The notes: generated from the letters alone by a model not told the origin. A stretch of 64,000 bases of DNA, filler included, from Basidiobolus ranarum (GCA_040143965.1; 4 parts of 4 records of this genome joined end to end with filler, not necessarily neighbours in it), one strand, 5' to 3'; counted from the whole stretch's first letter, positions 13,107-25,900 are shown. Translations and numbers: made by a program.

Positions 13107-14541
13107 ATGTATAAAGTCGCCGCTCGATTCTCCTTGAAGAATTCCTCTTGTCTTAACGGAATTTCTCTTAAAAAATCCGTTTTATCAGCCAAACGTTATA
13201 TTAGTAATACCCCCGAATTTACTGTAGACCACTTGGTCATTGGTGGTGGAGTAGTTGGTTTGGCCGTGGCCGAGAGGTTGTCAAGACATTCGAAAAGCTC
13301 TACCATTCTCGTTGAAAAGAACTCAAGGATTGGTGAAGAGACTAGGTTTGAAGAATAATTCCACTTTCCTCGATATATTGACATTACTTGACGCTTAATG
13401 TGTCTAGCATTGTTTTTTGATTAGGGAAATTTTCTTAAATTTATTTACTATTCTTGTAGCTCTCGTAATAGTGAAGTGATCCATGCCGGTCTTTATTACC
13501 CAGAGGACTCTTTGAAAACCAGTTTATGTATTCGCGGAAAAAATATGCTCTATGACTTTTGTAAAGAATACTCCGTACCTCACTCACAAATAACCAAGTG
13601 GGTTGTCGCCAAGAATGAAGAGCAAGCAGAATATTTGATCCGTTTAGAAGAGAAAGCGAAACGATTAAACGTACCGGTAGAATTTATATCGCTAAAGGAT
13701 AGAGAGAGACTTGAACCAGCGGTCAAGGCTAGAGAGGCTTTGGTAAGCCCTACCACTGGAATCGTTGACTCGCATGGACTGATGGAGCGTCTAGAATGGC
13801 TAATTAATGAGAACGGCGCAGATATTGCTTGTATGACTTCGGTTGAGTGAATATCAAAATCCGATAATGAGCAAGGATACTTAGTGAAGCTCAATACAGA
13901 TGGTGATGAAAGCTTTGTTCTGGCTAAGACTGTTGTTAATTGCGCAGGTTTATGGGCAGATCGTATCGCCAGTATGGTAATGGACCAACATAGTAATGAC
14001 TTGAAGAAATTGAAGATCTATTATGTCAAGGGTCATTATTACGGCTATCGTGGCTCACCAAAAGTTTCTAGGTTAATATATCCTTGTCCCGAAAAAAACC
14101 TTGCTGGCTTAGGAACCCACTTAACTGTGGATCTGGCTGGTAAAATGAAGTTCGGTCCAGATGTCAAATACATCAATGACCCTAATGACTATCACATAGA
14201 AGAAGGCGAAAGACTAGATGATTTTCTAAATGCCATCAGAGAATACTTGCCCGAAGTAAGGCAGGAGGGACTTTATGCTGACTATGCTGGTATTAGGTAA
14301 AGGTTGTTGAATATTTCATCAGGCAGTGTTCTTCGAAACTAAATTCGACCATTTCCTTCGTACATACAGACCCAAGCTTCAGGCCCCTGGTGACCCATTT
14401 AGAGATTTCGTAATCAGAGAAGAAATTGACAACAACCTGCCTGGATTTATCAACTGTGTAGGCATTGAAAGTCCAGGATTGACCTCGTCTTTAGCTATCG
14501 GAGAAATGGTGGAAACGATTCTTTATGGGAAGTCCAACTGA
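13107..14541 (+). CDS. L2HGDH: Mitochondrial L-2-hydroxyglutarate dehydrogenase-like FAD oxidoreductase; introns 13346-13459 and 14297-14369; in-frame TGA at 13848-13850
   Basis: Transit-like N-terminus, GGGVVG FAD motif, ETSSRNSEVIHAGLYYP, VVNCAGLWAD, GLGTHLT, YAGIRPKL, GIESPGLTSSLAI. Confidence 0.85.
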
Positions 14542-14875
14542 GCTAAATAAAACGAGCATAATTTTATTGGTTTTTGGAATTTAGTTATTAACTCTTCGTC
14601 ATGTTGGATCGACTCTAGCTTATCGTGAATGAATAAACTTCAATTTAATACTCAAGAAACTATGCTAAACAGCAGTAATAGTAAGCGGAAACCCAAATAA
14701 TCAGAAAAGTTACAGATATGATGACTTGTAGTTCGTTGAAACAGCAAGTCGATGAAAAATAAGTGCCTATTGGGAAGGTGCAGAGAACTGAAGTATTAGA
14801 GGTATTCAAAAAAAAGTTCGAATAGTAGCTATTTCGTAGCGTTCTGTAAAAAAGATGTCTATCAGGCTATTGAAT

Positions 14876-16925
14876 TTAATAAGAGCTTCTTAAACGAAGA
14901 TTCTCTTCACGTAGCCGCTCTAATTCCTCCTCCATTTTTCGGGTTTGATCCACTTGAGACTGAAGCCAGTCTTCGCGCATTTCCTCCTACATAAATTAAT
15001 CAATTCGCACATTTCGTTAGTCCTATTAACATGAATTTACTCACTTCAACATAAAAATTTTACCTGTTGGATGAACATTTGCCTAACCATCTCTAGTTGC
15101 ATAGATCTGATCTCCTCGCGAATGGAGGATTGTACCTCATTAACATAATCTCTAAGGCACTCTTGCACGACCTGTTGAACCACTTGAACCTGAGTTTCTG
15201 AGAAATGTCCGCCAACATCTCCAGAATCTCGATGCAAAATATGGTCGTTAATTCGTGATGATATCCCTAGTGAATCAGTACTAGGTGTACTGGCTTGAGC
15301 TAACAAACTTCGACCATTAGGCTTAGGAGTTCCATTCGATACAATGCGAGAATGGGCTGAAGGGTGTCTAACAGCTCCATTGGGTGCCTACATATTATCG
15401 GTAGTTAGTGAACCAATCAATGTAAATAAAATTTGAACTTGTCAAAAATGCGAAAAAATATACCTCTGCTAAATACATCTTGGTTGGTGAATAGGGGCTT
15501 TTCAGATTACTAGAGGTAGCGCTACCTATGGTCCTTGGAGAGTTTGCCAAACCAATGGGAGTGCTGTATAAGACATCAGTATGGCGAGATATATTAGTGG
15601 GTGTTGTGGGTCCACCAGTTACGGACAGACTCCGCTGACGGACTTCCTCCCTATCTTGACTTAGTGCTTCAGGAGTAACTCCACTACCCGTCACAATCAT
15701 TGACTTTGGCCGAACAGCTTGGCGACCGCCAATGTTGCGTGTCGAAGGGGGAGTGGTCATACCGGGAGCTATAAGAGACTCTATTAAATGAAAATGCTAA
15801 GCTTAGAGAAAATTGCTGTCAACGCACAGAACATATTATGTACCTAATTGCTGTTTTCCTCGGATAGGGGAATATCCTATATTGCTATCTAGTGTGAATC
15901 GACGTGTATCAGGGGATATTGATTCATCTACAATGGATGTGCAATAAGTAAGTAAATAAAAGGAGCTTAAACGCACTAGCTGGCAAGACGGGAATAGCAT
16001 TAACTACTTACCTAGGCGATAGGTGGGTTTTGTGTGAAATTTAGACTCTTCATTGGATGAATCAAGATCTTCAGCACCAGGTAACGAGGGACCATTTCGA
16101 TGGTGAGCTTGAGAAAGCAATTCAAGATTAGAATGGCATTGCTTGTACTGAATGTCCAAAGTACGATCATAGACTTACGTTCATGGAGTAATGATGGTGA
16201 ACTGAAATCTACACTTGGTGAACTAAACAAGGGGCTGTTGGGAGAATTCACCCCAGGGATATTGAATCGCCCAGTGCTACCAGCAATTCGGGCAATGCCA
16301 GGGTTTCTCTTGGCACGAGGTGTCTTAATTGGAGCACCAGTCTAACAAAGGTCAGTTTAGTATAGATCAGCTTTTGATGAGAACAAAAAAGTGCACTTAC
16401 TTGATATAGAATACTTCTAACTCGATCGCCCTCTATTTGTGTTGTTTTTATCGGCTCCTTTAGATCCAATTTATATGCGAATATCACCCCTTTGCACATC
16501 GTGAATGAGAATAATGCCTAAAACCACAAAATCCTACATTGAATTTAGAAGAGGCTCACCTTGATTTGTCCCAACAATAAATATAGGAGACTCTGCTGTG
16601 CAAGCTAAGGCAGTCAAAGGAGCTGACGCAGTCCAGGTGCGGACAGATCTGCGGCATAATATATATATGTTTACTTTGCGTAAATTACTCAAAAGTGAAG
16701 ATCAAAATGACGATTACCTTTTACGATCTACATCAAAAACAAAGATTTTCCTGTCTAACCCAACCGAACATAACATCATATGGTTGAATGGAGAAAATTG
16801 GAGACCAGTAATGGGTGCGTGATGAACATTATGCTCGACATGGACTGTGCGGGGAAGTTCTTTAGTATTCCAAAAGTATAGATGACCTGCATCACCAGCA
16901 GCTACTAGATGACACCGCTTAGTCG
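14876..16925 (-). CDS. NEDD1: NEDD1/GCP-WD-like WD40 protein (gamma-tubulin ring complex adaptor), 5' part cut by the linker
   Basis: WD40 exons (AGDAGHLYFWN, HHAPITGLQFSP, SVGLDRKIFVFD, APLTAL), an S/T/P-rich linker, and a C-terminal coiled coil IREEIRSMQLEMVRQMF...EELERLREENLRLRSSY resembling the NEDD1 C-terminus. Confidence 0.72.
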
Positions 16926-17025
16926 NNNNNNNNNNNNNNNNNNNNNNNNNNNNNNNNNNNNNNNNNNNNTTAATTAATTAANNNNNNNNNNNNNNNNNNN
17001 NNNNNNNNNNNNNNNNNNNNNNNNN
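16926..17025. other. Artificial contig linker (44 N + TTAATTAATTAA + 44 N)
   Basis: Six-frame stop spacer, repeated identically three times in the window. Confidence 0.98.
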
Positions 17026-17371
17026 AAGCAAATGCTTTGATAATCCCTGGATCATATTTCGGATAAATCCCTAAAATATCGTGTGTCCCCTTGGTACTAC
17101 CCCCTATCACCTTGGAGTTCCCTGAAATCCTTTGGCATTGGTTAGGGCAGTTCGAAGAAATGATATAAATACTCGAAGTAACTTTCTTTCCCGCTCCACT
17201 CAAGTAGTGTCCACTAACGTATCTGAATTCAATCGGAGCAACTGAAATCCTTCGTTATTACTTCTGAATAACCTGCTTTTCTTTCACATCATTATTTCGT
17301 CCTAGGACAAAAATTTCTACATTTCATAACAAACACTTCTCCCCCCCTTTTATTTCGATTCCATCGTGATT

Positions 17372-19093
17372 ATGCATCTTACTTTCCCGCTACACAGATA
17401 TGTCTTCCAAAATGACGACAAGGCGGTTGAGGCTGCGTTGGGTGGCCCTCTTTACAATCAAATCAATGAAAGAGACCATCGTGGTAATACCCCCTTACAA
17501 TTGGCGTTGATTCTTGGTCGTGTCAGAATCGCCAATATCTTGTTGAACCGTGGCGCTGAATGTCTCGGTCTAAAAAAGAATGGAAACGAGCCTCCTTCCT
17601 GGACCTCACTGGATGAAGCTTGTGCGTTGGAAGATAGGGACCTCGTTCGCAAGGTTCTACAAAAATCTATTGACCAACATGTGCGCGATTGGTGCGCACC
17701 ACCTGTGGATCGTTTGCAGGCTGCAACACCTGGTCCAATGGCTAGTGAGGTACAGGCTAACCCTAACATTCCACCTGAGGGAGGTCCATTGGCTAGACTC
17801 AATCAAGGATTTAACGAGAACACGGATTTGACTCTTCACTGGAAGTTTACTAGTCGTCTTTCCAATGCATTAGCGCGTCACGCATTACCTAGAGATGCGG
17901 TACGTATTCGTAAGAAGTCCTCCTACTTCCGCTTAGACTTTGGAGAGACTTCCCTCGGAATGTTCGGTGGATTTGACAAAAAAGATGAAAGAAGTGCGGA
18001 CGTAGTTAACAAGCGTCGTCAGTATCTTAAGAAGCATGAAATTCAAAGATTCAGTTTGGTCATTCGTGTCGATGATCCTAATATCCCTCAAGCATTCCCT
18101 GCTCCCCCAGCGGTATTCTTGCTGGACCATGAGCGTGAATGGGTTCAAGAGCTCTACCCCGAATTTTATCCCGAGGCATTACTTGAAAGTGCCGTATCCA
18201 CCTGTCTCAGAGCACCCATGGTAAAATACTGGATTCCTTTACGTAACATCGAAATCAAAGAGAAGAGCGAAAAGAAGAAAAAGGGTTTGAGCATGTTGAT
18301 GAAGAAGAAATCTGGATCCACCACTTACAAAATTAAGAATGCTTCCGTGTCTATTCTCATTCGTGAACTTGAGGAGCGCGTCTGTGCTAATGGAGGTAAC
18401 GGTATTGCCTCAAATGCGTTGATCAAAAAGCTGAAAGCCTTAGGCTTCAGTGGCTTAGAGAGCATGTTGGGCGGTGATGGGGACATCCCAAAGGTCAGTG
18501 GTAAGGGTGGGAACGGTTCGGATTCTGAATCAGACTCTGACTCTGAGGATGAGACGAGCAGCAATGTCTCATCCAATGTGAATGGTAAAGATCATGGATC
18601 CAAAGGCAGTCCTGAAGACCCCAACATTCAAGCTGAATTGGTGAAGATGTCTGCCACCGATAGTTATGAAGAATATTTCAGCGGAAATATCAAAAAGAAC
18701 GTTTGCTTCAACAAGGCAGAAACTGTTACACAGTACATCAAATTTGAACTTAAAGAGCCAATCAAAGTCAAATGGGCACCTACCATCCCTGGAAGCACCA
18801 AGAGCAAGAATTTAAGCAACGGCAACTCTGGCTTCCCCATATCCTTCAACCAATTCTCTCCTATTTTCGAGCACCTCTTCAGTGGTGGTATATTAGACTG
18901 GGCTGGCTTTGCAAGCATTTGGAATGAATGTCGCAAGAAAGACGCTACCCCAGGATTCCCAGTCAAAGTGAACATTCCATTACATCCAGTGATCGGAGTC
19001 CGAATTAGCTTTAAAGAATGTCATGTAGGGATGAACCTATCAGATGATCTGTTCCAAGATCAAGGATACGCCAAGAATGTCATTATTCACTGA
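17372..19093 (+). CDS. ANKRD13-family ankyrin / GPCR-chaperone domain protein (intronless)
   Basis: FPLH, DHRGNTPLQLA, WTSLDEA, HWKFTS, PRDAVRIRK....RLD, GFPI, PGFPVKVNIPL, DDLF in ANKRD13 order; acidic low-complexity insert. Confidence 0.75.
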   Translation: MHLTFPLHRYVFQNDDKAVEAALGGPLYNQINERDHRGNTPLQLALILGRVRIANILLNRGAECLGLKKNGNEPPSWTSLDEACALEDRDLVRKVLQKSIDQHVRDWCAPPVDRLQAATPGPMASEVQANPNIPPEGGPLARLNQGFNENTDLTLHWKFTSRLSNALARHALPRDAVRIRKKSSYFRLDFGETSLGMFGGFDKKDERSADVVNKRRQYLKKHEIQRFSLVIRVDDPNIPQAFPAPPAVFLLDHEREWVQELYPEFYPEALLESAVSTCLRAPMVKYWIPLRNIEIKEKSEKKKKGLSMLMKKKSGSTTYKIKNASVSILIRELEERVCANGGNGIASNALIKKLKALGFSGLESMLGGDGDIPKVSGKGGNGSDSESDSDSEDETSSNVSSNVNGKDHGSKGSPEDPNIQAELVKMSATDSYEEYFSGNIKKNVCFNKAETVTQYIKFELKEPIKVKWAPTIPGSTKSKNLSNGNSGFPISFNQFSPIFEHLFSGGILDWAGFASIWNECRKKDATPGFPVKVNIPLHPVIGVRISFKECHVGMNLSDDLFQDQGYAKNVIIH

Positions 19094-21049
19094 GTATCTG
19101 CTTCCCTGTCGTAGCTTAATTACTTCCATCTCTAAACCATATATTCATTCATCTCTTAACCCTAATTTAATCATTCTATTTTAAAAGCATATTTATCATT
19201 TGTTAAACATTCCCTACACGTCGTAACTGGAATCCTTGCAGTCACCTGAAGTAATCGGGCTTTTTATACACTGCCAACCTTAACATCTACATGTTATTCA
19301 ACGTTCAGGATATGTATTTATAGATTTCACGCATTTTCTCCCCTCCTGCAATGACATTGTTTATTCCATGCACAATACCAAACGTATCTCCATTTATATT
19401 CACCGATATTTCCCATGACATACAAATGATTAAAATCGCCATAAAAATCGAAAAATATTACCGAAATGTTCGCTCACTATTATTAAGCAAATTGACTGGC
19501 AGGGTCCATGGTAGTTGCAGAAGTGCAGTAAAGTCAGTGTTTGTGACATCCTTAGGTTATCTTCTTCCTAATGTGCTCCGCATATTTGTACTAATAGGAG
19601 CCTAGCAAGTTACTCAAATTAAACATCATTTCCGAAGAACGAATCATTGTGCTGAGGAATTTTTCTTTCAATCCATTCCACTCCATCAACACTTTTTTGA
19701 AACCGAAATTGCATGGTGATACGAGTATCGGATGTTGGCTTTTTCTCACTTAACACGTGTGTAACAGCATCTTTGGGTAACTCCCTAAAAGGATTTTCAT
19801 GAGTCCAATTCCCAAAGGATCTGAAGCATAAAAGACCCAATAGATCACATATAAGAGTAGGGATCATTAACATTGTACATCAAATTACTGATCTGATTCA
19901 TCAGTATTTCGACTATAATCTATTCCGTCTCTGCATGGATCAAGTACCAGCTCGTAACAACTCCACTTGAATTACGATCAGTATCTATCTTGTCTAGGTC
20001 CATGATGAATTTAACAAATTTGACTGACAATTCCCATGGAGTCAGGGTTTGCTGACTGCCTAAAAAGCATTAAATTACCGTAAACCGTACCCAAATGATG
20101 GATAAAGACATCCATGGTACTGGGAGGATTAGACATGGGCCGAGAGTTTTGTACAAATATGCGTTCTTTTGTCTGCTCATTGATTGAGGATAGAATGTTG
20201 ATTTCAACCATTTCTTCGACAATCCCATCATTTCAGAGCTTTACCTAAACTATTGTTATCAACGCAATGAGTGAATACAAATCTTGTAGGTTGACCAATA
20301 GGAATTATGAGATGTTACTGCAGCTAAATTGGTTATAATGCTTTTTCCAATCGGCTTTCATATATTTACGATACCTCAGTTTATAGAATGGGTCAGAGTT
20401 TGGTTGAGCATTCCACAACTCTACTAGTAAAATGTAATCTTTGCTGTGAATATTTTCCATAAGCTAGATTAGTTCTTGTATACTTTGGTGAGAAAAGGAT
20501 ATCGTGTGTTATTAAATATCTAATATGCATTCAAGAATGGAATGGTAACATTGATGAGCTCGTCGACGACTTATGAGATGTTCCGCAAAATAGTGGTCAG
20601 CTACAATTAAGTAGGGAATTAAGCTATTACGAGATATAAATGTTTATGGATTTCTTGAGGTAAGTCTCGCCACATTAGTCAAACTGGTATTTCTCTCCTG
20701 AACCAGTAAGAATATCTGTGCCTTTGTACTGACCATAGGTAAAGTAATGGTAGATTTAGGATACATGCAAATGAGGCTGTTCATATACATAGATGTAGTT
20801 GGTATCTTGTTCATGTAGAATACCCATGAGACTATAGGATTCACCACATCTATGTACATTTGTAGCTCTGCTATTGAAAAGTTATGCTGGAAGAGCATTG
20901 GTTTGAGGTAGTTGATTAAACAACTACTCACTTGCTTTATTTCAATGCATATACATATTTTACAAATACAAATTTATCAATGGATGCGAAATTACCCAAA
21001 ATTCAATACAACAAATATTTGACATCAAGTCGGAGGTTTCCGAAGTCAC

Positions 21050-22904
21050 TTACGCCATGAAGCTCATATTACGCTTCGACTTGGAGTTGTCCACTTGTGT
21101 GCGGGATTTACTAGACTTTTTATGGATGGCTGGTGATTCTGGGATGGTTAAGTTTTTTTGGGATGGTCGGGGTAATGAGTCAGGTCGATATAAGGTTTCC
21201 GGAATGGGAACTGGTTTGTGAACAAGTGTCTGACGATACTCTCGGAGTCTTTTTTCTTCTTCCTTTGCCATCTCCTGGCGTTTTACTTCCCACACAGCGG
21301 CAGTTTGCTCTTTTTCTTGTTGGACTAGAGCCTCCCAATCGTGCCGTTCATGGATACGTTCTTCAGTACTTAAATGAATCGGCTCAGGTATGGTGAAGGT
21401 TCTCTCAGAGTGCTTTGGATACCATACATTACTAAAATCAGGCATTGGATTGGCTCGAGGAATAGTCATTTGTTTGGCTACTTCCTCCTCCTGCTTTAAC
21501 TTACTTTGGAGAAATTTCTGATACGATTCTCCCCGCAGATCAGTTTCGAGACGAAATGGAACAGGTTTGGTGAGTGGGCGAGGTTCAACGAGAGGAAGTG
21601 GATCTGGACAATCCAAATCAAGCATGGGGCGAGCTTGAATATGATGGAGGCGATCGGCTTCCTCTTGTTCACGTTGTAGCTTTTCCCGGAACTTTTGAAG
21701 TTTTCTTTCTCTGATAGAATCCCCAACGAAATGAAAAGGTTCAGGAACCGTAATACCCGGCATGTGAACGTTGACATTCTTCTTCTTTTGGGGTTTGGCT
21801 CGGGTAATTTCCTCCGTCGATGTAGATTTAGGCTTGGGCTTGGTGATGTTAGGTGACCGGGGGATAGTTATTCCGTTTGGTTTGGCTTTTCTAGCAACTT
21901 TCGTATCGCAATGATCAGCAACGTCGAAATCGATTCTACGCTTCTTATTAGGTTTCGTAATATTAGGAGATCTAGGTATAGTAATACCACTCGATTTCCC
22001 AGGCAACTTCTGACTGGCCTTTTTCTCCACGGTCTCGTCTTTATTAACTTTTTGTTTGATCACTTTGGTGATGTTTGGGGATCTAGGTATTGTCAAGCCG
22101 TTTACTCTAAGATGGGTTCGTATTTTCCGTGGCCTAGACTCCTCCTCCGCATCCTCTACGGATTCCTGACTTGGATCATATTTAGCCCTGACTTTAGTCA
22201 TCAATTTGGGAGATCTGGGAACTGTGAGTTTACTCTGAATTATGCTCGCCGATGGTTTTTTGGTTGGCTTGATCTTAAAGCGTTCCGGAGTTTTTTTGAA
22301 AAAGTTATCCACACGTGAGGCCATAGACACAAATGGAGATTTCGGCATAGTGCTGGGTATAGTTGTACCTATCTGACGTCCTCTTACTGAAGTTAAAAGT
22401 CTAAATGGTTTAGGGACGGTAAGATCAAATGGATTCGTACGATTTCTCTTCTTAGTTAAGAGCTCGTCGGAATTATCGATTAGCTCTTGAGATTTGGTTG
22501 TTTGTTGTCTAGAGCGTTTAGAAAAATTCGGTGACCTTGGAACTGTCAATTTTTTGGTGGACCTAACGGGAATAGCTTCACTAGCATAGGTATCCTCCGG
22601 GTGGTCATATGCAGACTCCTCCTCCCAAGAAGTACGTAGGTTAGCAGTTTGGAATATGGTGTTACGAGAGGGGAGTTCCTCAGGAGAGGTGCCGATAAAA
22701 GGATTGTCTAAAATTTTCAAAAAATCATTAGAAACCGAACTGAAAGTGTAAAAAGGGCACCTCTGATTTATAGATTCACTCTAAAGCAGATAGAAAAAAA
22801 TTACCTTGGCCATCATCACTCACCAAGTCTGAATCGTCTTGAAGAGTTGGATTATCTAATTCGTTGGGTATGTCATTAAAAATTCTATCAGACTCTCCAA
22901 TCAT
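21050..22904 (-). CDS. TPX2: TPX2-like microtubule-associated protein; intron 22804-22708
   Basis: Repeated TxPxSP / TxPxPF motifs (LTVPRSPNF, LTVPKPFRL, ITVPEPFHF, LTKPVPFRLETDLRG) and C-terminal KRLREYRQTLVHKPVPIP...LTIPESP. Confidence 0.72.
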
Positions 22905-25900
22905 GCTGGAAGTGACAAAGTGATAGAAAAAAGGGAAGAAAAATGATGTGATGTAAATATCACCAATCAAACTATATAAACGGCCTAAAAAGTGGAGATT
23001 GGAAGTAGATGTGAAATCAGAAGAATGGGTGAGAATCAAAATAGAATGAAGTTAAAGAGAGACAAATTGCATTCTTTTAAACTGACCTTAGCGGCTTAGG
23101 GTCGAACGATTGTTTACACCGCAATTTGATTTTTGATGGGTTTGTTTACGTTTCCTGTGTGTGCGCTTTCATTGGCTCTCAGCCCTGATATAATATTTGT
23201 GACTTAAAGGTTACAACAACATAATGCAATTAAGAACTGGGTTCGAATTTAGATTGAATTTCTAGTCCCTTCAGATGTGAGTGATTTCAATAAGGAAATT
23301 AATTGCTAGCGGATTGTTGTTTATAGATGCTTCTGACATGGCAATACATTATTATATACCTCTACAACGGCGATGTACGAGATACTCTACCAAATAGGAG
23401 ATGAGGCTACTAAATTAACGAACAGGCTTCGAAATTAATATAGGGGCTATATCACTAGTGAAAACAATCCCACGTGAAATACGGCAAAGTTGGCTGTACT
23501 TATAACGAAATCTGTCTTTAAACAAGTGCTTAACTAAGCTTAAACTCTACATTGCTTGGGTAATGGTGCCCAGGAATCAAAGACTTTAATTAACTTCTCT
23601 GTAGGGTAATAGCTGGAGGGATAGTAGTTTCTTTGGAGTCTCCTTGAAACGAGTGTTCTTCACCAGGAAGTCAAAAACAACAATCACACCAATTAGTAAA
23701 AGATAGATAGATTAGAGGTTTCAATCATATCCAGACTTACTGGCTTGTTACTTTGGTTGAATAGAAAACAAAACTCGGCGTATGAAGGCGATGGCTGTGC
23801 AGGTGCAACTCCTCTACCAGAAAATAAACAGGTACAACCAAGTCAAATCTGTTGGCATTAGAACAAAATAATGAAAATACAAACTATAAAATTATCAAAT
23901 ACCAGTATTTAGTTTATTATCAGCATTATAGAAAAACTGGCAAGTTGTTCATATCTTCATGTTCAATAATAATAATTGGCTAGGGACAAACACTATTTCC
24001 TATTACTATGTCGCCAGAAACCTCGACTGAAGCCTGTACTTCTGGTTCTTCAATTAGAAAATAGTGAGATGGTCCATGACTAATATAAAGCTTGCCAACA
24101 AAATCAAGAGGTAAACGAACTGAAGTAAATTCTAAATCATCCTCATTCATTGGCTATTTTGTTAGTAGTTGACTTACCAGCGTCCAAGAAACCCCATGAT
24201 TTGATATTGTATAGATTTGAATTTAAATCGATTTCTGATTTTTCAACCTGCCTGCCCATATTGGTGACATCAGCTTATATATTGGTTTTACTATGAGGAA
24301 CATGAGCCAGATGGAGTGAAGTTGATATTCAGGTTTTCGAATATTGTTGGGCTTTATTTAAACCTTATATAATCAGCCTATAGCTTGAAGTGCATGATAA
24401 GCCAGCGAATACTTTATATATATGCCAACCTTCGGTTATATTCTTCATAATTAGCGTAAATTCGTGGATATTTTTATCTCATTATACCAAGGCGGTATTT
24501 TGATATCAAATCATTCAATGCCTTGTTGGTTTTTGGGCCACATGTCAGTGCCACCCTTAGATAAGAGAAACATCGGTCTTGAAGGTTTGGCCTATTAACT
24601 CCATACCTGGCTGAGAAGGATGACAGGTTTGATTATCTGAATAATAGCATTGATATGGATTATTCGCATGAATTAGAATAACTAAAGAGTTGCTCTTGGA
24701 TGGTTCGTAGTATTGTGTTTAGGAGGGTGATCATCAGATGGAAGCTGCTCAGATCAATGCTAACCTTACAAACGGATTTGATAACAGGGGCTCCAAACCA
24801 TTAATGATACAATTACGGAATCAAGTATACCATATAGGCTTCTGGATTCTAGCATATTCTATTCCGAATAATTCCGAGAAAAATTCAGGTCTTGCTTTCA
24901 TCAGGGTATATGCGAACACGACAGAAGATCAATATCCATAACGAGCACCATATGTCCTGGCTACGTGAGTAATGTGAAATTGATCTTTTAAATGCAAGAA
25001 TCTAGACTCATCATCGGCCAGTGGTTGTAGGGAGCTTGTTGTTACTCTTGGTTTCTATCTATAGCAGAGGTGGTAGCGTGGATTGAAAGACAGTGAATAG
25101 GGGAGGGCGAAGGTTTATCATTACTGTGCTTTTCAGCATTATCCAGGTTAAAGAAACACGAGGGATCAGGAGATATGCGGCAAGTATTTTCAGAATGTTC
25201 CTCATTAAATATGATGGGAAAGAACAAATATGTGTATCCATGGTCTTGGTACAGGTTGGTAGTACATGTAAATACTGAACTGATTCGTATGGACACCAAT
25301 ATGTCTTTACGAAAAGTAAAAGGGTTTTTGAGACTGACGGGATCATAGACAATTCCACATATATTGTCAGTACCTATTGCTTAAACAATTGGTCTCTACT
25401 TGCTTTTAGCATACAAATTTCAATATTAGTTGGAAACAAATGACAACAAATTACGTCAGGCCTCTTCTATGCTCTATTGATGGAAATGCCAGTCATACAG
25501 TGGAAACCTGGTACTTCAACCGCGGAGATATGAACGAATCTCAAAGTTGCTCTTGTGCGCATAGGTTAGAGATGAAAGGTTTAGAAGCTAGCACTAAGTT
25601 GCTAAAACTATCTTTCTGATACGTAAGTGGATGATTTCACGAACTCTGATGAAAAGTCATCTGACCAAGCCATTTTTGGTATTTACTGAGAAATTTATCG
25701 TAAGCCAACCAACAGTTCAGTTTTGGGTAGGTAGGGTGATGGTGAGAAAATAGTGATGTTTCATTTAATTGCTAAATTGTGGTTGAGTATTGAGGGGAAA
25801 GAGTGACATGAAAACCCGTTGTTGTTGCTAAATTCGGATGACGCCCTTGGCTTCCCATCCCCCTAGATAAGTACAGTTTGTATTGTGGAACAAGTCTCTT

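Noticed and set aside
13848-13850. Selenocysteine recoding of the L2HGDH TGA
   Set aside because: The position does not correspond to a conserved Cys as far as I can tell, and I see no convincing SECIS-like hairpin in the 3' region; a SECISearch run would be needed.
16970-17203. ORF running into the N-run; TTAATTAATTAA palindromes
   Set aside because: Linker artefact.
14876-22904. NEDD1 + TPX2 spindle gene cluster
   Set aside because: Separated by an artificial contig linker, so the adjacency is not biological.
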